NCBI GenBank assembly: GCA_965203805.1
Contig: OZ241917.1
Coordinates: 2,112,001 to 2,176,000 of the forward strand
Reading direction: 5' to 3'
Source: Candidatus Latescibacterota bacterium
Lineage (GTDB): Bacteria > Latescibacterota > UBA2968 > GCA-2709665
Length of the DNA stretch: 64,000 nt
Positions 29,834 through 40,442 of the stretch are shown piece by piece. The translations under genes were made by a program, and so were the position numbers. Below the pieces are notes generated by a model that searched no databases, was not told where the DNA came from, and saw only the letters and a list, made by a program, of their open reading frames with translations. Every line of letters starts with the position of its first letter. Within the stretch, counting starts at the first letter, position 1.

Positions 29834-30337
29834 ATGAAGATTCGGCTGATCCGGCGCAAGGACGGTATCAAGGCCGTCATTGGGGACAACGTTCAATCGG
29901 TGGCCCGGGTCGCCAGAGCGTTCCCCAGAAGCAAGCCCGACCACTTCGTGGGCCTGTTGGGAGAAGACGGTCGTGAGATCTGTCTGATTGAAGATCCGGG
30001 AACACTGGACAGGCGCTCCCGGGAAGTGTTGAATGCCGCGTTGAAGGAGGCCTACTTCATTCCCCGGATCCGGGAGATCCTGTCGGTGACACCTCAAGGA
30101 ACGGGCGGCGAATGGTCCGTCGTGGCGGAAGACGGTGAACTCGCGTTCCGAACGCAGGATCGCGAGGCGCTGGACGGATCGGAATCCCCGTCCATCACGA
30201 TAACCGACGAGAGCGGCAGGCGTTATCTGATCGAGGACTACTGGGCGTTGGACCGGGACAGTCAGAATACAATCCGCAATCTCGTCCCGGATGAGGTCTT
30301 GCGACGCCGGTCCAGGGTCGTTTCGCTCCGCCGCTGA
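29834..30337 (+). CDS. DUF1854-domain protein
   Basis: ARAFP..P...VGLLGEDGREI, YFIPRIREILSV and ITDESGRRYLI motifs. Confidence 0.75.
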   Translation: MKIRLIRRKDGIKAVIGDNVQSVARVARAFPRSKPDHFVGLLGEDGREICLIEDPGTLDRRSREVLNAALKEAYFIPRIREILSVTPQGTGGEWSVVAEDGELAFRTQDREALDGSESPSITITDESGRRYLIEDYWALDRDSQNTIRNLVPDEVLRRRSRVVSLRR

Positions 30338-30365
30338 CAAGTGCGCGCCTGTAGCGTGGTGCAAT

Positions 30366-31676
30366 ATGGAGGAAAGGCAACGCAGGTTCTTCCTTGCAGG
30401 TATCCTGATCGGACTGTGCGCAATCGGCATGCTGGCAATGGGCGAAGCCCGGTACCGGATGCCGCTTTTTTTTGTACTGTTCGGCCTCTGGATGGTTTTC
30501 TACCTGGCGGCTGTATTGCATTGTACTGCCGCCGCACTCAAGACGGTCGTGCTGTTTGGCATTCTGTTCCGGGTCATCATGCTGTTTTCCCCGCCCGGTC
30601 TATCCGATGACGTGTATAGATACCTGTGGGACGGACGCGTCCAGGCTGCGGGGATAAACCCGTACGCGTACCCGCCGGCTTCGGAAGAACTCGCCGATCT
30701 CAGAGACGATACGGTGTTCCCCCATATAAACCATCCCGACGTTCCGACCATCTACCCGCCACTGTCTCAGGTTTTGTTCAGGCTCTGCAATCTCGTCCAT
30801 CCGTCGATCTGGACCATAAAGTCGGTGCTGGTTCTCTTCGATCTGCTGACGGCATGGTTTCTGCTGGGCCTGATCCGGCTTTACGATCAGCATCCGGGAC
30901 AATTGCTCATCTACCTCTGGCATCCGCTGTTGCTTGTAGAGGTGGCCGGCAACGCCCACGTCGACGCGATGGGCGTCGCGTTCATGGTATTTGCACTCCT
31001 GTATCTTCAAATTGGAGGATACACGCGGGCATTCGTCGCACTGGCCCTCTCCGTTTTGAGCAAGTTCTTTGCCATCTGCCTGGTTCCCGTCTTCTGGCGC
31101 TGGATCAGCGGGAGGATCTCCCGGCGGTCCGGGGGGCGGCTGCCGGCAGGCCTGAGAACGCAGGCCGTGGCGCCCGTACTGATATTCGCCGCGCTGATAG
31201 CGGCCGGGTACCTGCCCTACCGGGAGGCAGGACAAAACCTGTTCGCAGGCTTCCTGATCTACGCCGAACACTGGAGCTTCAACGCGCCGGTCTTTGGCAT
31301 CCTGAGTTATCTGCTGGATAGCCCGCTGTGGGCTCGCATGGTCATCGCGGTTGGGTTTTCGGGGGCGGTGATTCTGTTCACGTTCAGCCGGATGCCGCCG
31401 ATTCAGGCGGCGTTCTTCCTTGTTGGGACCTTTCTGTTACTCACGCCGACGTTACACCCCTGGTATGCGATCTGGATCTTACCCTTCATGGTATTTTACA
31501 GACAGCCCGCATGGCTGGTCTTTACCGGGCTTATCGCAGTCTCGTATCACGTGCTGATAAAATACGCGAGCGAGGAAATATGGGAGGAGGCGGTCTGGGT
31601 GAAGTTCGTGTTATTCGGCGGATTTGCGCTTGTCTGGGGATTCGAACGGATTAAGCGGAGACGCGGTCATACTTGA
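30366..31676 (+). CDS. GT-C fold membrane glycosyltransferase (GT87/MptB-like)
   Basis: SDDVYRYLWDG, INPY, TIYPP, GNAHVD and HPWY motifs, with many TM segments. Confidence 0.85.
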   Translation: MEERQRRFFLAGILIGLCAIGMLAMGEARYRMPLFFVLFGLWMVFYLAAVLHCTAAALKTVVLFGILFRVIMLFSPPGLSDDVYRYLWDGRVQAAGINPYAYPPASEELADLRDDTVFPHINHPDVPTIYPPLSQVLFRLCNLVHPSIWTIKSVLVLFDLLTAWFLLGLIRLYDQHPGQLLIYLWHPLLLVEVAGNAHVDAMGVAFMVFALLYLQIGGYTRAFVALALSVLSKFFAICLVPVFWRWISGRISRRSGGRLPAGLRTQAVAPVLIFAALIAAGYLPYREAGQNLFAGFLIYAEHWSFNAPVFGILSYLLDSPLWARMVIAVGFSGAVILFTFSRMPPIQAAFFLVGTFLLLTPTLHPWYAIWILPFMVFYRQPAWLVFTGLIAVSYHVLIKYASEEIWEEAVWVKFVLFGGFALVWGFERIKRRRGHT

Positions 31677-31794
31677 AATTCGTCGGAAGACGCCGTTCAG
31701 ATTGGACGGCGTCTCTTTGACGTGGAGGTCTGGGACCCATTGGTGAGCTTCTTGAAAGCACCAACGGCCGGTCCCGTCGACTGGCTGTCGCAGT

Positions 31795-34700
31795 CTAAAC
31801 AGCCTTGCCGAACAGGAGCGCGAACCGCACGAAGTCCGAAAAGGCGACTCTACCATCGTCGTCCAGGTCGAACCGGGGATCGGAGGAGCCGAAGGCGCTG
31901 GCGAAGAGTAGAAAATCGGTAAAATCAACCGCGCCGCTTCCGTCGAAGTCCGCGACTGCCGCCGCAGGAAAGATGGTCCGATCAGGAGTAAACGTAATGT
32001 TTCTGTACCCGGGGGCAAGGGGCACACCTGACGAATCGGCCGCCATAGATAGGGTTATGGTGTAGGCGACACCGGCTTCAAAGGGCATCGCAAACGTCAA
32101 GAGGGCACGTTGGCTGGCGCGGTCCAGGACGACTGAGGTCGGGCGTCCGAGGACGGGGGTCACCGAGTAGCCATGAGGATCGGCCGTTTCGGCCGCCATC
32201 GGTTCGCTGAACGTGAGTGAAAGCCTCCTCTCGCGCAGGACTTCGACGCGATCCAGTTCCGGAGCCGGGTTGGGGCGAAGGGCATGTGGCGCGGAGCGGA
32301 ATTCGTCGCCGCCGGGAAGCGTGGCGACAACCACGTAACGGTAAACCCTGTTTTCGACCAGTCCGGTATCCGTGTAGGTATTGGATTCCAGGTGATCCCT
32401 GATGACCGTAAGTGTGTTTCCGTCGACGCCGCGAAGGATGCGATAGGTGGCGCCGCCATCCACAGGCGCCCATGTGAGCCTGGCGCTGTCTGGTCCCAGC
32501 GGATGGGCATGCGCAACTTGCAGGACCCTCGTGAAACCTGCCTCGGTACGTTCCATCAGGCGCACGGCGCCATCCCGGTTGTACAGAAGCTCGGCGTACC
32601 CATCCTTGTCCAGATCCGCGATGAGCGGACGGGAGGTCAACGATACGGTCCCGTGCCAGAAGGGCTCGTATGAATCCGGCCCGATGGCGCGGACCAGGTA
32701 AAGGTCCGGACGCAGGCAGACCGCCAGGTCGGGTATCCCGTTGCCGTCCACGTCGCCCGTTGCAATGCCGTTTCCCGTTGAAAGTACCCCCGAAACCCGA
32801 ATCGACCACTCCATAGCGTAGGAGGACGGCCCGTCCGCGCTGTAGATTTCGAGGGTCCAGAACCCGTTGAGCGCGTCGTTACGGTCTTCCGCCGCGCGGG
32901 CGACGGCGAATTCCACGTTTCCGTCATTGTCAATATCCGCGCCTCCGCCAACCCATTGGGTGTTGGTGCTGTCGCTACCCGCCAATTGCCAAGGCCGGTT
33001 GTCAAAGCCACCACCCTGCCGGGCTTCGTATATCCACAGGTCGCCGTCGTAGTCGCCCGAAAGAATCTCCTTCCTGCCGTTGTCGTTCAGATCCGCGATG
33101 ACAAACCTGAGGCCGGGCAGGTTGAACCCCTCGGTGGGGTTCGCCAGCCGGGTGGTTTCCACGAAGGCGCCTTCCGGCGTACTCCTCAGAATCAGGATGC
33201 CCCCCGCTTCAGCCGATCGGGTTACGATCTCGTTTCGGCCGTCGCCGTCGACATCGGCGATCTCACCGCCCTCGACCTGCGTCGTATCCAGAAGGGTCTC
33301 GGACGGAAACGGCGTCCCCCCGAAGAGCAGAACATGCGGGAACCTCGTGCCGAGCAGGTCGGTACTGCCATCGTTGTTCGCGTCGCCCAATGCCCATGGA
33401 AGGAATGCCTCGGCAGTCCGGAAGACGGTTGTAAAGCTCCCGTCGTCCCCGCGTTCCATGATCAGGTTCGTGTTGTAGCGACGGCCGCGAGCGTAGGGCA
33501 TCAGCACAATTTCGGGGCGCCCGTCCATATCGAAGTCGGTGGCCTCACTGGCGAGAAACCCGTCGGGCAGCGTGCCGCGTTGAACGAATCCGCGAGACGG
33601 GATACGCATCGGGTTGACCGCAACCGTCCCCGGTTCGGAAACCTCCTCCAGTCCGGCGGCGTCCTGCGCCATAATGCGGTACTCCAGGGACCCGGGGTCG
33701 AGGTCCGGGGGCAGGGTGACGCGGTGGCGGGTGTAGACAATGTCCGAAAAGAGACTGTCTTCCCGCGCGGCTGCAGACGAGCGATAGAGCAGGGCGCCGC
33801 GTGTCGGATATCGTGTGTGCCATTCGGCGCGGTATGCCTGGCGGTTTCCAATGAGGATGGGCGAGAATGACACCTTCGATATGGCCGGAGAGGTCCGTCG
33901 TATGCCGATTCGAACCCGGTCTTCAAGCGTCGTGCCGTCGTTCAGCCGGGCCAGCAGCCGCACGACGGCTGAGGCGCGGGCTGGCGTACCCGGCATCCAG
34001 GAGTGCCTGATGTCCGATCCCGGCGGCCCGCCCGAGAGCCGGATCCAGGTCTGGGGATCTTCTCCCGGGCCCCATAAAAGCTCGTAACCGGCAACATCCG
34101 GACCGGCGGCCCGCCCGATGATATCTACGTTCCGCCAAACGCCGTCGTCCGTTTGAGGCCGGTCGATCCGCACGACGGGAGGGGCGGGCCATCGGGTGAA
34201 TTTCTCCAGCAATATGCCGGCGTCGATTCGGCCGGCGCCGTAGCTGCTGTCCCAACCCTCCGGTCCGAGGTCGATCACGGACGCGATGAGCAGCGAGCGA
34301 ACCTGCTCGGCGGAAAGACCGGGACGGCGTGAGAGCAAAAGCGCCGCCAGTCCGGATATGTGGGGCGCAGCGAAGGACGTGCCCGACGCGCGCCTGTACC
34401 CGTTCCCGGGCACCGTCGTGACCGTGCCGGACCCTGGCGCCACCAGGTCGAGCGGGACGCCCGTGCTGCTGAACGCGGCAATGCGGTCCAGGGGCGCTGT
34501 GGCGCCCACGGCAATGGTTTCATCCATGGCCGCCGGATGGGACAGGCCGGATTCGCCGCTGTTGCCAGCGGAGCTGACGAGAACAACGCCACTCGCAGCC
34601 GCGTAACCCAACACGTCCCGGATGAGCAACGCGCTTTCCGGCCCTCCCCAGCTCATATTGAGGATGTGGGCGCCGTTTTCCACCGCATAGAGTATGGCGG

Positions 34701-35571
34701 CGGCCAGGTCGTCTTCTTCCAGAAATGTTAAATCGGACTGCAGCGTCACGCCGGCGCGCAGGCACATCAGCGCTGCATCGGGGGCAACGCCGGCAATGCC
34801 CAGGCCATTGTCTGTCACCGCCGCGGCGACGCCCGCTACGCGGGTGCCGTGGCTGGACTCGTCCATGGGATCGTTGTCGGGCGAAAGGTAGTCACCCTTC
34901 GCCGGAAGCGTCGGGGCGTGGGTGAAGTCCCAGCCGCGTATATCGTCCACGTACCCGTTGTTGTCGTCGTCAACGCCCGGCCTGCCGGATGCTTCGACCG
35001 TGTTGATCCAGATATTTTCCGCCAGGTCTTCGTGGGTATAGTCCACGCCGGAATCGATGATGGCGATAACGACGCCCTGTTCGGCCGGCGGAAGGCCGTC
35101 CAGCAGGATCTGCCATCTGATCTGTTCCAGGCCGTACTGATCGCTCAGGCGGGGATCGTCGGGCACACCGTGGTGTGAAAACAGGTGAACCGGCTGCGCG
35201 TACTGAACTGCAGGGTGTTCCGAATAGGCGGCCGCGGCTTCCACGGGGCTCGCATCAGCGTCTATTTCCAGACGGTAGACCTGCGCGAATCCCCGGGCGC
35301 GCTTGGACAGGACCGTACGCGTCTGAAACACGGGTTCGGGGGCGCCTGCGCCAAAGCGCACGTGCAGAGCCTCGAGACTTCCGGCAGCTATTTTGGAAGC
35401 CGACGTCTTGAATTTGATGAGAATCTGTCCGGGGGAGTAAGCAGGTTGGGCAGCGGCGGAACGCAGGGCCAGCAGAGACACCAGAAGTTGAAATGTGATT
35501 GATATCGCGCGTATCCGGTTGGTCCGGTTCAATGTCCGGCTCCTGAATTGTGAACTTTCGATAACCTGCAA
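31795..35571 (-). CDS. Secreted S8 subtilase with FG-GAP repeats, FN3/Ig-like and C-terminal EF-hand/dockerin-like domains
   Basis: Catalytic triad IIDSG / HGTRVAG / GTSFAAP, multiple DxDGDG repeats, and terminal DFDGSGAVDFTDF...DLDDDGRVAFSDF. Confidence 0.92.
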   Translation of the reverse strand: MQVIESSQFRSRTLNRTNRIRAISITFQLLVSLLALRSAAAQPAYSPGQILIKFKTSASKIAAGSLEALHVRFGAGAPEPVFQTRTVLSKRARGFAQVYRLEIDADASPVEAAAAYSEHPAVQYAQPVHLFSHHGVPDDPRLSDQYGLEQIRWQILLDGLPPAEQGVVIAIIDSGVDYTHEDLAENIWINTVEASGRPGVDDDNNGYVDDIRGWDFTHAPTLPAKGDYLSPDNDPMDESSHGTRVAGVAAAVTDNGLGIAGVAPDAALMCLRAGVTLQSDLTFLEEDDLAAAILYAVENGAHILNMSWGGPESALLIRDVLGYAAASGVVLVSSAGNSGESGLSHPAAMDETIAVGATAPLDRIAAFSSTGVPLDLVAPGSGTVTTVPGNGYRRASGTSFAAPHISGLAALLLSRRPGLSAEQVRSLLIASVIDLGPEGWDSSYGAGRIDAGILLEKFTRWPAPPVVRIDRPQTDDGVWRNVDIIGRAAGPDVAGYELLWGPGEDPQTWIRLSGGPPGSDIRHSWMPGTPARASAVVRLLARLNDGTTLEDRVRIGIRRTSPAISKVSFSPILIGNRQAYRAEWHTRYPTRGALLYRSSAAAREDSLFSDIVYTRHRVTLPPDLDPGSLEYRIMAQDAAGLEEVSEPGTVAVNPMRIPSRGFVQRGTLPDGFLASEATDFDMDGRPEIVLMPYARGRRYNTNLIMERGDDGSFTTVFRTAEAFLPWALGDANNDGSTDLLGTRFPHVLLFGGTPFPSETLLDTTQVEGGEIADVDGDGRNEIVTRSAEAGGILILRSTPEGAFVETTRLANPTEGFNLPGLRFVIADLNDNGRKEILSGDYDGDLWIYEARQGGGFDNRPWQLAGSDSTNTQWVGGGADIDNDGNVEFAVARAAEDRNDALNGFWTLEIYSADGPSSYAMEWSIRVSGVLSTGNGIATGDVDGNGIPDLAVCLRPDLYLVRAIGPDSYEPFWHGTVSLTSRPLIADLDKDGYAELLYNRDGAVRLMERTEAGFTRVLQVAHAHPLGPDSARLTWAPVDGGATYRILRGVDGNTLTVIRDHLESNTYTDTGLVENRVYRYVVVATLPGGDEFRSAPHALRPNPAPELDRVEVLRERRLSLTFSEPMAAETADPHGYSVTPVLGRPTSVVLDRASQRALLTFAMPFEAGVAYTITLSMAADSSGVPLAPGYRNITFTPDRTIFPAAAVADFDGSGAVDFTDFLLFASAFGSSDPRFDLDDDGRVAFSDFVRFALLFGKAV

Positions 35572-35634
35572 TGTCGATTCACCTTTGTTCTCTCGCCCTT
35601 TGTTATGGACGGGATATCCGCCGGGAGGTTCCGC

Positions 35635-36831
35635 TTATGTCGATGGCCGGTCGGGAAGCGTGCCCGCGCTTTCCCGATCCGGCGTGCCGGGTAGCGCTGC
35701 GACAAGCGCGGCGGAAGGGAGCAAAACAAGGGAGACGCAAGCCAGCGCAAACGCCATGGTTGTAATATCCGCCAGGAAACCGATACCCGGCAGCATGAGG
35801 CCCGAGACGCCCCACGCAAACCCCATCACCAGTCCGGTGGCCGTGCTGGCGTGTTGCGGCAGGATGCGCTGCGCCAGCACGATATTGGTGGTTGCGCCGA
35901 GGTCGAAGATGAACGCGGCAAACAGGAAACAAACCAGCGAGACGGGACCGGAGGTGAAGCAAAAAGCAATGTAGAAGACGGTTGAGCACGCACAGGACCA
36001 CCCCAGAAGCTTGCGGGGAGCCACACGGTCGCCGAGATAACCGCCGGCCAGCCGCCCCAGTGTGGCCGCGATCAGATAGGCGGATAACACCCAACCGATC
36101 CTGGAGATATCCCACATTCTCTCGTGGCCGAGAATGGAGATGAAGCTCACGCAGGCTGCGTGGACCAGAGATCGAAATACGGCGATCGCGTACAGGATCC
36201 AGAGCGGACGCATGGCCGCCGTCCTCAGAAACGCGTAGCTGATGCGGGCCGGCGCTCTGGTACTTTCGGCCCGGATGGCGGTCCTGGACATGCGCAATAG
36301 CACCGCCGAAGCCGCAAGACAGGGAAAAACAACGATCCAGAGTGACTCCAGCCCGAAGCGTGAAATCAACTGAGTTCCCGTTACCGGCGCAATCGCCATT
36401 CCCAGAGGTCCACCGGTCAGGAAGACCGCCATGGCAAAGTTGGATCGTCCGGGTAACGACGTCGTCACCAGACCGCCGGCAGTCGGATGAAAGAGTGACG
36501 AACCGAGAGAGGCCAGAATCAGAAAGCCGGCGAGCACGGCGGCCGTGGGCAGCATTCCGATAACCGAAACGCAGAGGCCGCACGCAAGTACGCCGAGCGC
36601 AGCGAGACGCACCCGATTGGACCGGTCGCCGATATAGCCCATAAACGGTTGCGGGATATTGCCAAAAAGAGAGACGACCATCGGGAGGAGGGACGCTTCC
36701 ACCAGCGTAAGCCCGAACTTGCCCTTGAAGAGCGCCAGCAACGGTGGAAACAGGGTCATGTAGAAGTCGACGGTGGTGTGCGCATACGTAATCAGACAGA
36801 CGCGGAGCAATGGTCGTTTTGTCAGGGACAT
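35635..36831 (-). CDS. MFS transporter (Fsr-like)
   Basis: About 12 TM segments, with QPFMGYIGDR, FHP and GGYLGDR motifs. Confidence 0.9.
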   Translation of the reverse strand: MSLTKRPLLRVCLITYAHTTVDFYMTLFPPLLALFKGKFGLTLVEASLLPMVVSLFGNIPQPFMGYIGDRSNRVRLAALGVLACGLCVSVIGMLPTAAVLAGFLILASLGSSLFHPTAGGLVTTSLPGRSNFAMAVFLTGGPLGMAIAPVTGTQLISRFGLESLWIVVFPCLAASAVLLRMSRTAIRAESTRAPARISYAFLRTAAMRPLWILYAIAVFRSLVHAACVSFISILGHERMWDISRIGWVLSAYLIAATLGRLAGGYLGDRVAPRKLLGWSCACSTVFYIAFCFTSGPVSLVCFLFAAFIFDLGATTNIVLAQRILPQHASTATGLVMGFAWGVSGLMLPGIGFLADITTMAFALACVSLVLLPSAALVAALPGTPDRESAGTLPDRPST

Positions 36832-36906
36832 CGGTGTTCCTGGCGCCACGAAACGGCGCAACTGTGACATGGAGCTGTCGACCCGATGACGCACGACCCC
36901 GCAGAC

Positions 36907-37269
36907 TTACGCGAGACCGGCGCGCTCGATAACGACTTCTCCGAGTTTGTCATGGATGCCCAGCGGGCCGGTGACGCGGAAGGTGACGCGCCGAAAACGA
37001 ACCGCGGCACGTTCAACCATGGCAGGGATGTCGCGGGTGGCGTGGCGGCCGGGTGAGAGCATGTAGGGGTGAACGATGACCTCGGTTGCCCCGTCGCGGA
37101 CACAGGCTTCTACGCCCTCCTCCAACGTGGGCCGGGCGAGTTCCATGTGGGCGATGTGCACGAGAAGCCCCGGCCGTTTTCGGCGCACGATTTCCGCAAC
37201 GGCTTCCAGCATGCGGTTGGCTTCGTCCCGGGTAGATCCGTGATCGACAATCAGAAGGGCTTTGGGCAT
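36907..37269 (-). CDS. Small CbiX/SirB sirohydrochlorin chelatase
   Basis: VDHGS, HMELARP and LSPGRHATRDIP motifs. Confidence 0.9.
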   Translation of the reverse strand: MPKALLIVDHGSTRDEANRMLEAVAEIVRRKRPGLLVHIAHMELARPTLEEGVEACVRDGATEVIVHPYMLSPGRHATRDIPAMVERAAVRFRRVTFRVTGPLGIHDKLGEVVIERAGLA

Positions 37270-37344
37270 GGCAAATTTACGTTCAGGAGTAGAAGGAACA
37301 ATCTTCGGTTCGTTCCGCTGGCAACGTCTACTCGACGATTCGAT

Positions 37345-40308
37345 TCAATCGTCCCAGCGTCTGAATCCGACGTGGACAACCTTAAACGCGTCGCCTGGTT
37401 CAAAGTCGTAGCGGAACCCTTTCGAATAATCCAGGTTGTCCACCATACCGCGGATAAAATCTTCATCGCCAACTCGGATGAATGTCGTATTGTTTTTACG
37501 CTCGACGCTTCGGATCCGATAGCAGGCATCGCGTTCATTTTCGTTCCGGATGGAAATGTAAGCGCCTGAGAGCGGTCCGTTTGGTGGCGGTTCGGTTGTG
37601 TGGATGACCCCGGGCTCGCGGGTGGAAACGATGCCGGTCCAGGCGGCTTCGGCCAGCCGGATGCCGTGTGAATCGGTACCTAAGACAGTCCCGCCAACGA
37701 GCGTGGCCCATTGCGGACCGTTTTTCGATTCCGCAAAGATTCCGAACCTGCCGTTGAAGCAGATGCGGCCGTCTACGTTGATGCAGCTGTGTCCGTCGCC
37801 GAAAATGACCGTGTGGGTATGTTCGTCCTGCAGGCGGACTCTTAGTGCACGGAAAGCAGGGCCGCCAGGGAGGTCGATCTCTTCAATTTGCACGATATTC
37901 CGGTTTTTCCTGAACGCTTCGATGATGCTCAAATAGCCCGAGTCGAGAGGTTGTTCGCCCTCATGGGCGGCAATGCCGTAGGTCAGACGCCGGGGGTTGC
38001 CGGGTTTGTTGCGTGGTGGATCGCCGTGACAGAGGGCAATCTCGCCAGGGGAGTTTATCAGGTTCCATCGCAGGTGAATGTCGGTCGCAGCACCGTGCAC
38101 GGGTGAGGCGGGGAGCACCTGCCACGTGTCCGCAATGGTCCAGTCGACGGAGACCGTGTCCGCCGGTGCTGCACACCGCTTTACGTCGTAAAGGTACTGG
38201 AAGCCGCTGCCACCATAATTACGAACTTCGCCATCGTAAAATTCCCCAAACTTCACGTCTTCACCCGCGTAGGTGCCTTTATCCTGCGGGTTCAACTCGA
38301 GACCCTCAGTCCTGACGATCCCTTCGGCCGCGTGGAAGAGAAAGTGGTGGGAAGATCCGCCGGAGACCTGGAAAAAATCTGCCACATAGAATTCCGTATC
38401 GGAGATTCGAACCAGCGCGCTGGTGCGGCGGTAGATCGAGCACTGCGGGTAGACGTCAGTCGACGACACGGAGACCACCTGAGCTTCCCCGGTGGTGGCA
38501 TAGAAGTCGACTTTTCCGGAGTAGCCGCCAATCTGTTTGCTGCGATCGACAAGGACCGTGTTGTGGGAGACGGTGTGGCTGGTCCAGCCTGAGCGTTTCG
38601 GCCATACGCGCGCGTGTTCCGGATAGCCCAGATCAGGCAGCAGGTCCAGTCCGTAGGCATAGAGGCCCAGATTCAATCGGTCCGCATGCCCGTGGCCGGT
38701 GTTGCGGCCGTAGTAAAGCCAGAGGGTGCGTTCGGTTTCATCCGCGCCGTCTCTGAGAAGTGCCAGACCATACCCCGACATCAGATCAGAAACGAGACGG
38801 AAGGGTCCCTCTCGCGCTGTCGTCTCTGCCACACGACGCCGGATGGCATCGGGATCCTCGTTGAAGATGCTGCCGTGAATCCGTGTCAGGTCTCCACCTG
38901 CGAGGTGGTGTGCAGCCCTGGCGAAAATGGGATCGCCAAACAGCTCGAGGCCCTCCAGACACTGCTCGACGGTGAGACCGCAAAGGTTGGGGTTACCCGT
39001 CTGGCCGGTGTCGCCAATGTTCGGGATGTATCTGCCCAGACAGATCATGCGGATGTGCCCCAGGAACATCTGCTTGTAACGCAGATACCCCCGGACGTTG
39101 TGACGTGTGTACGAGCGCCGGCATCTGAGAACACGGTCCAGGTCGTTCATGCCCTGCGATTTGTGGAGCCAGCCCAGGCTGTAGGAGGGCGCGGCTTCGG
39201 AACCGATACCGTCCCGGTCGATTTCTCCCGCGAAAAGTCTCGGGATGTGTCCACCGCTCGGTTTTCGACCGCGCAGTTCGCCGGCTTTGAAGACCCAGTC
39301 CAGCCAGTGGTCGGTATCTTCAGCATCCAGGGCGACGGAGAGGACGGCCATCGTGACCTGGTCGCCGGGTTCGTTTCGGGCGACGTCGCCCGCGAGGATG
39401 GCGGCAATGCCCTCGCGGATGATACGATCCTCAATGTGGCGGCACAGTTCGTCCACGGTGTTCTGAGACGATAGACCGTGGTCGATCTGTTTGCGTGAGA
39501 GGAATGTGAAGAGCGGGTCGTCATTCCGCCACGCCGATCTCACGGCGTCAAAACATTCCGTGAACGTGATGAGCAGGCCCGGTTCCCAGATGCGGCCGTA
39601 GATACGCCCCCGGCCGCTCAATCCGTCCGAGTTGAAGAATCCGAGTCCAGCCCAGCAGGACCAGTGCATATCGGGATAGACGTCGGCGATCCTGGCCAGC
39701 AAGATGCCGGCTTTGTGGGCGTACATGGGGTTGCCCGTGAGCACGTATGCCCGCTTCAATCCCTGGCAGGCGGTCTGTATTTCGTTCCAGATGCCATGGT
39801 GTCCGTACACACCAATGAGTTTGAATGATTCTCCGGTGTCGTCGGTCCAGCCGGTACCGTCGTCAACACACCAGCCGTGAAGGGGGTCGTTTCTGTCCGG
39901 ATGTTGGGTGTTGAAGAGCAGGCTGCGGTCGGCTTTGTCGGGATGGAAGAGTCCGTCACGGCCGATGCCGCTCTTGTAGAAAGCGGCATAGTCGTTGCTG
40001 GGGAAACGGCCGCTGCAGTTGGGGCAGATGATCTTCCAGGGGTCGCGGAGAACATCCACTTTGAAGGCACCCCCGTAACGATTTATGCCGTCGCCGCATC
40101 TCGGACACCCTTTGGTGACGCTTGCGTTGGTGCTCCGACCGGTGGTTTGCCCGGCAACCAGGGACCACAGGGCGTCATCGTCGAGATCAAGCCAGCGCCG
40201 GGCACAGTCGACGGCAGCGTCCCGCTCGGCGGCAGCCCAGTTCGCCTGTTCAATGTTGCGGCGTGCGTTGGCGATCCGTTCGGAGGCGATAAAATGTCCG
40301 CCGGGCAT
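37345..40308 (-). CDS. Heparinase II/III-family lyase-like protein
   Basis: GHGHADRLNLGLY, LLPDLGY and SHNTVLVD motifs, preceded by an alpha-helical N-terminal region. Confidence 0.85.
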   Translation of the reverse strand: MPGGHFIASERIANARRNIEQANWAAAERDAAVDCARRWLDLDDDALWSLVAGQTTGRSTNASVTKGCPRCGDGINRYGGAFKVDVLRDPWKIICPNCSGRFPSNDYAAFYKSGIGRDGLFHPDKADRSLLFNTQHPDRNDPLHGWCVDDGTGWTDDTGESFKLIGVYGHHGIWNEIQTACQGLKRAYVLTGNPMYAHKAGILLARIADVYPDMHWSCWAGLGFFNSDGLSGRGRIYGRIWEPGLLITFTECFDAVRSAWRNDDPLFTFLSRKQIDHGLSSQNTVDELCRHIEDRIIREGIAAILAGDVARNEPGDQVTMAVLSVALDAEDTDHWLDWVFKAGELRGRKPSGGHIPRLFAGEIDRDGIGSEAAPSYSLGWLHKSQGMNDLDRVLRCRRSYTRHNVRGYLRYKQMFLGHIRMICLGRYIPNIGDTGQTGNPNLCGLTVEQCLEGLELFGDPIFARAAHHLAGGDLTRIHGSIFNEDPDAIRRRVAETTAREGPFRLVSDLMSGYGLALLRDGADETERTLWLYYGRNTGHGHADRLNLGLYAYGLDLLPDLGYPEHARVWPKRSGWTSHTVSHNTVLVDRSKQIGGYSGKVDFYATTGEAQVVSVSSTDVYPQCSIYRRTSALVRISDTEFYVADFFQVSGGSSHHFLFHAAEGIVRTEGLELNPQDKGTYAGEDVKFGEFYDGEVRNYGGSGFQYLYDVKRCAAPADTVSVDWTIADTWQVLPASPVHGAATDIHLRWNLINSPGEIALCHGDPPRNKPGNPRRLTYGIAAHEGEQPLDSGYLSIIEAFRKNRNIVQIEEIDLPGGPAFRALRVRLQDEHTHTVIFGDGHSCINVDGRICFNGRFGIFAESKNGPQWATLVGGTVLGTDSHGIRLAEAAWTGIVSTREPGVIHTTEPPPNGPLSGAYISIRNENERDACYRIRSVERKNNTTFIRVGDEDFIRGMVDNLDYSKGFRYDFEPGDAFKVVHVGFRRWDD

Positions 40309-40442
40309 CGGGCACCCCAAAAGACGAAGACTTGAGGTTGTTACTCGAGATGAAGCACAAGTGATGGCATGACGCGCCGTCCCTCTCCCGGCGGGATAGT
40401 ACAGGGCCAACGGGCGAGGCTTTGGTCCGGTCGATTCGAGCG

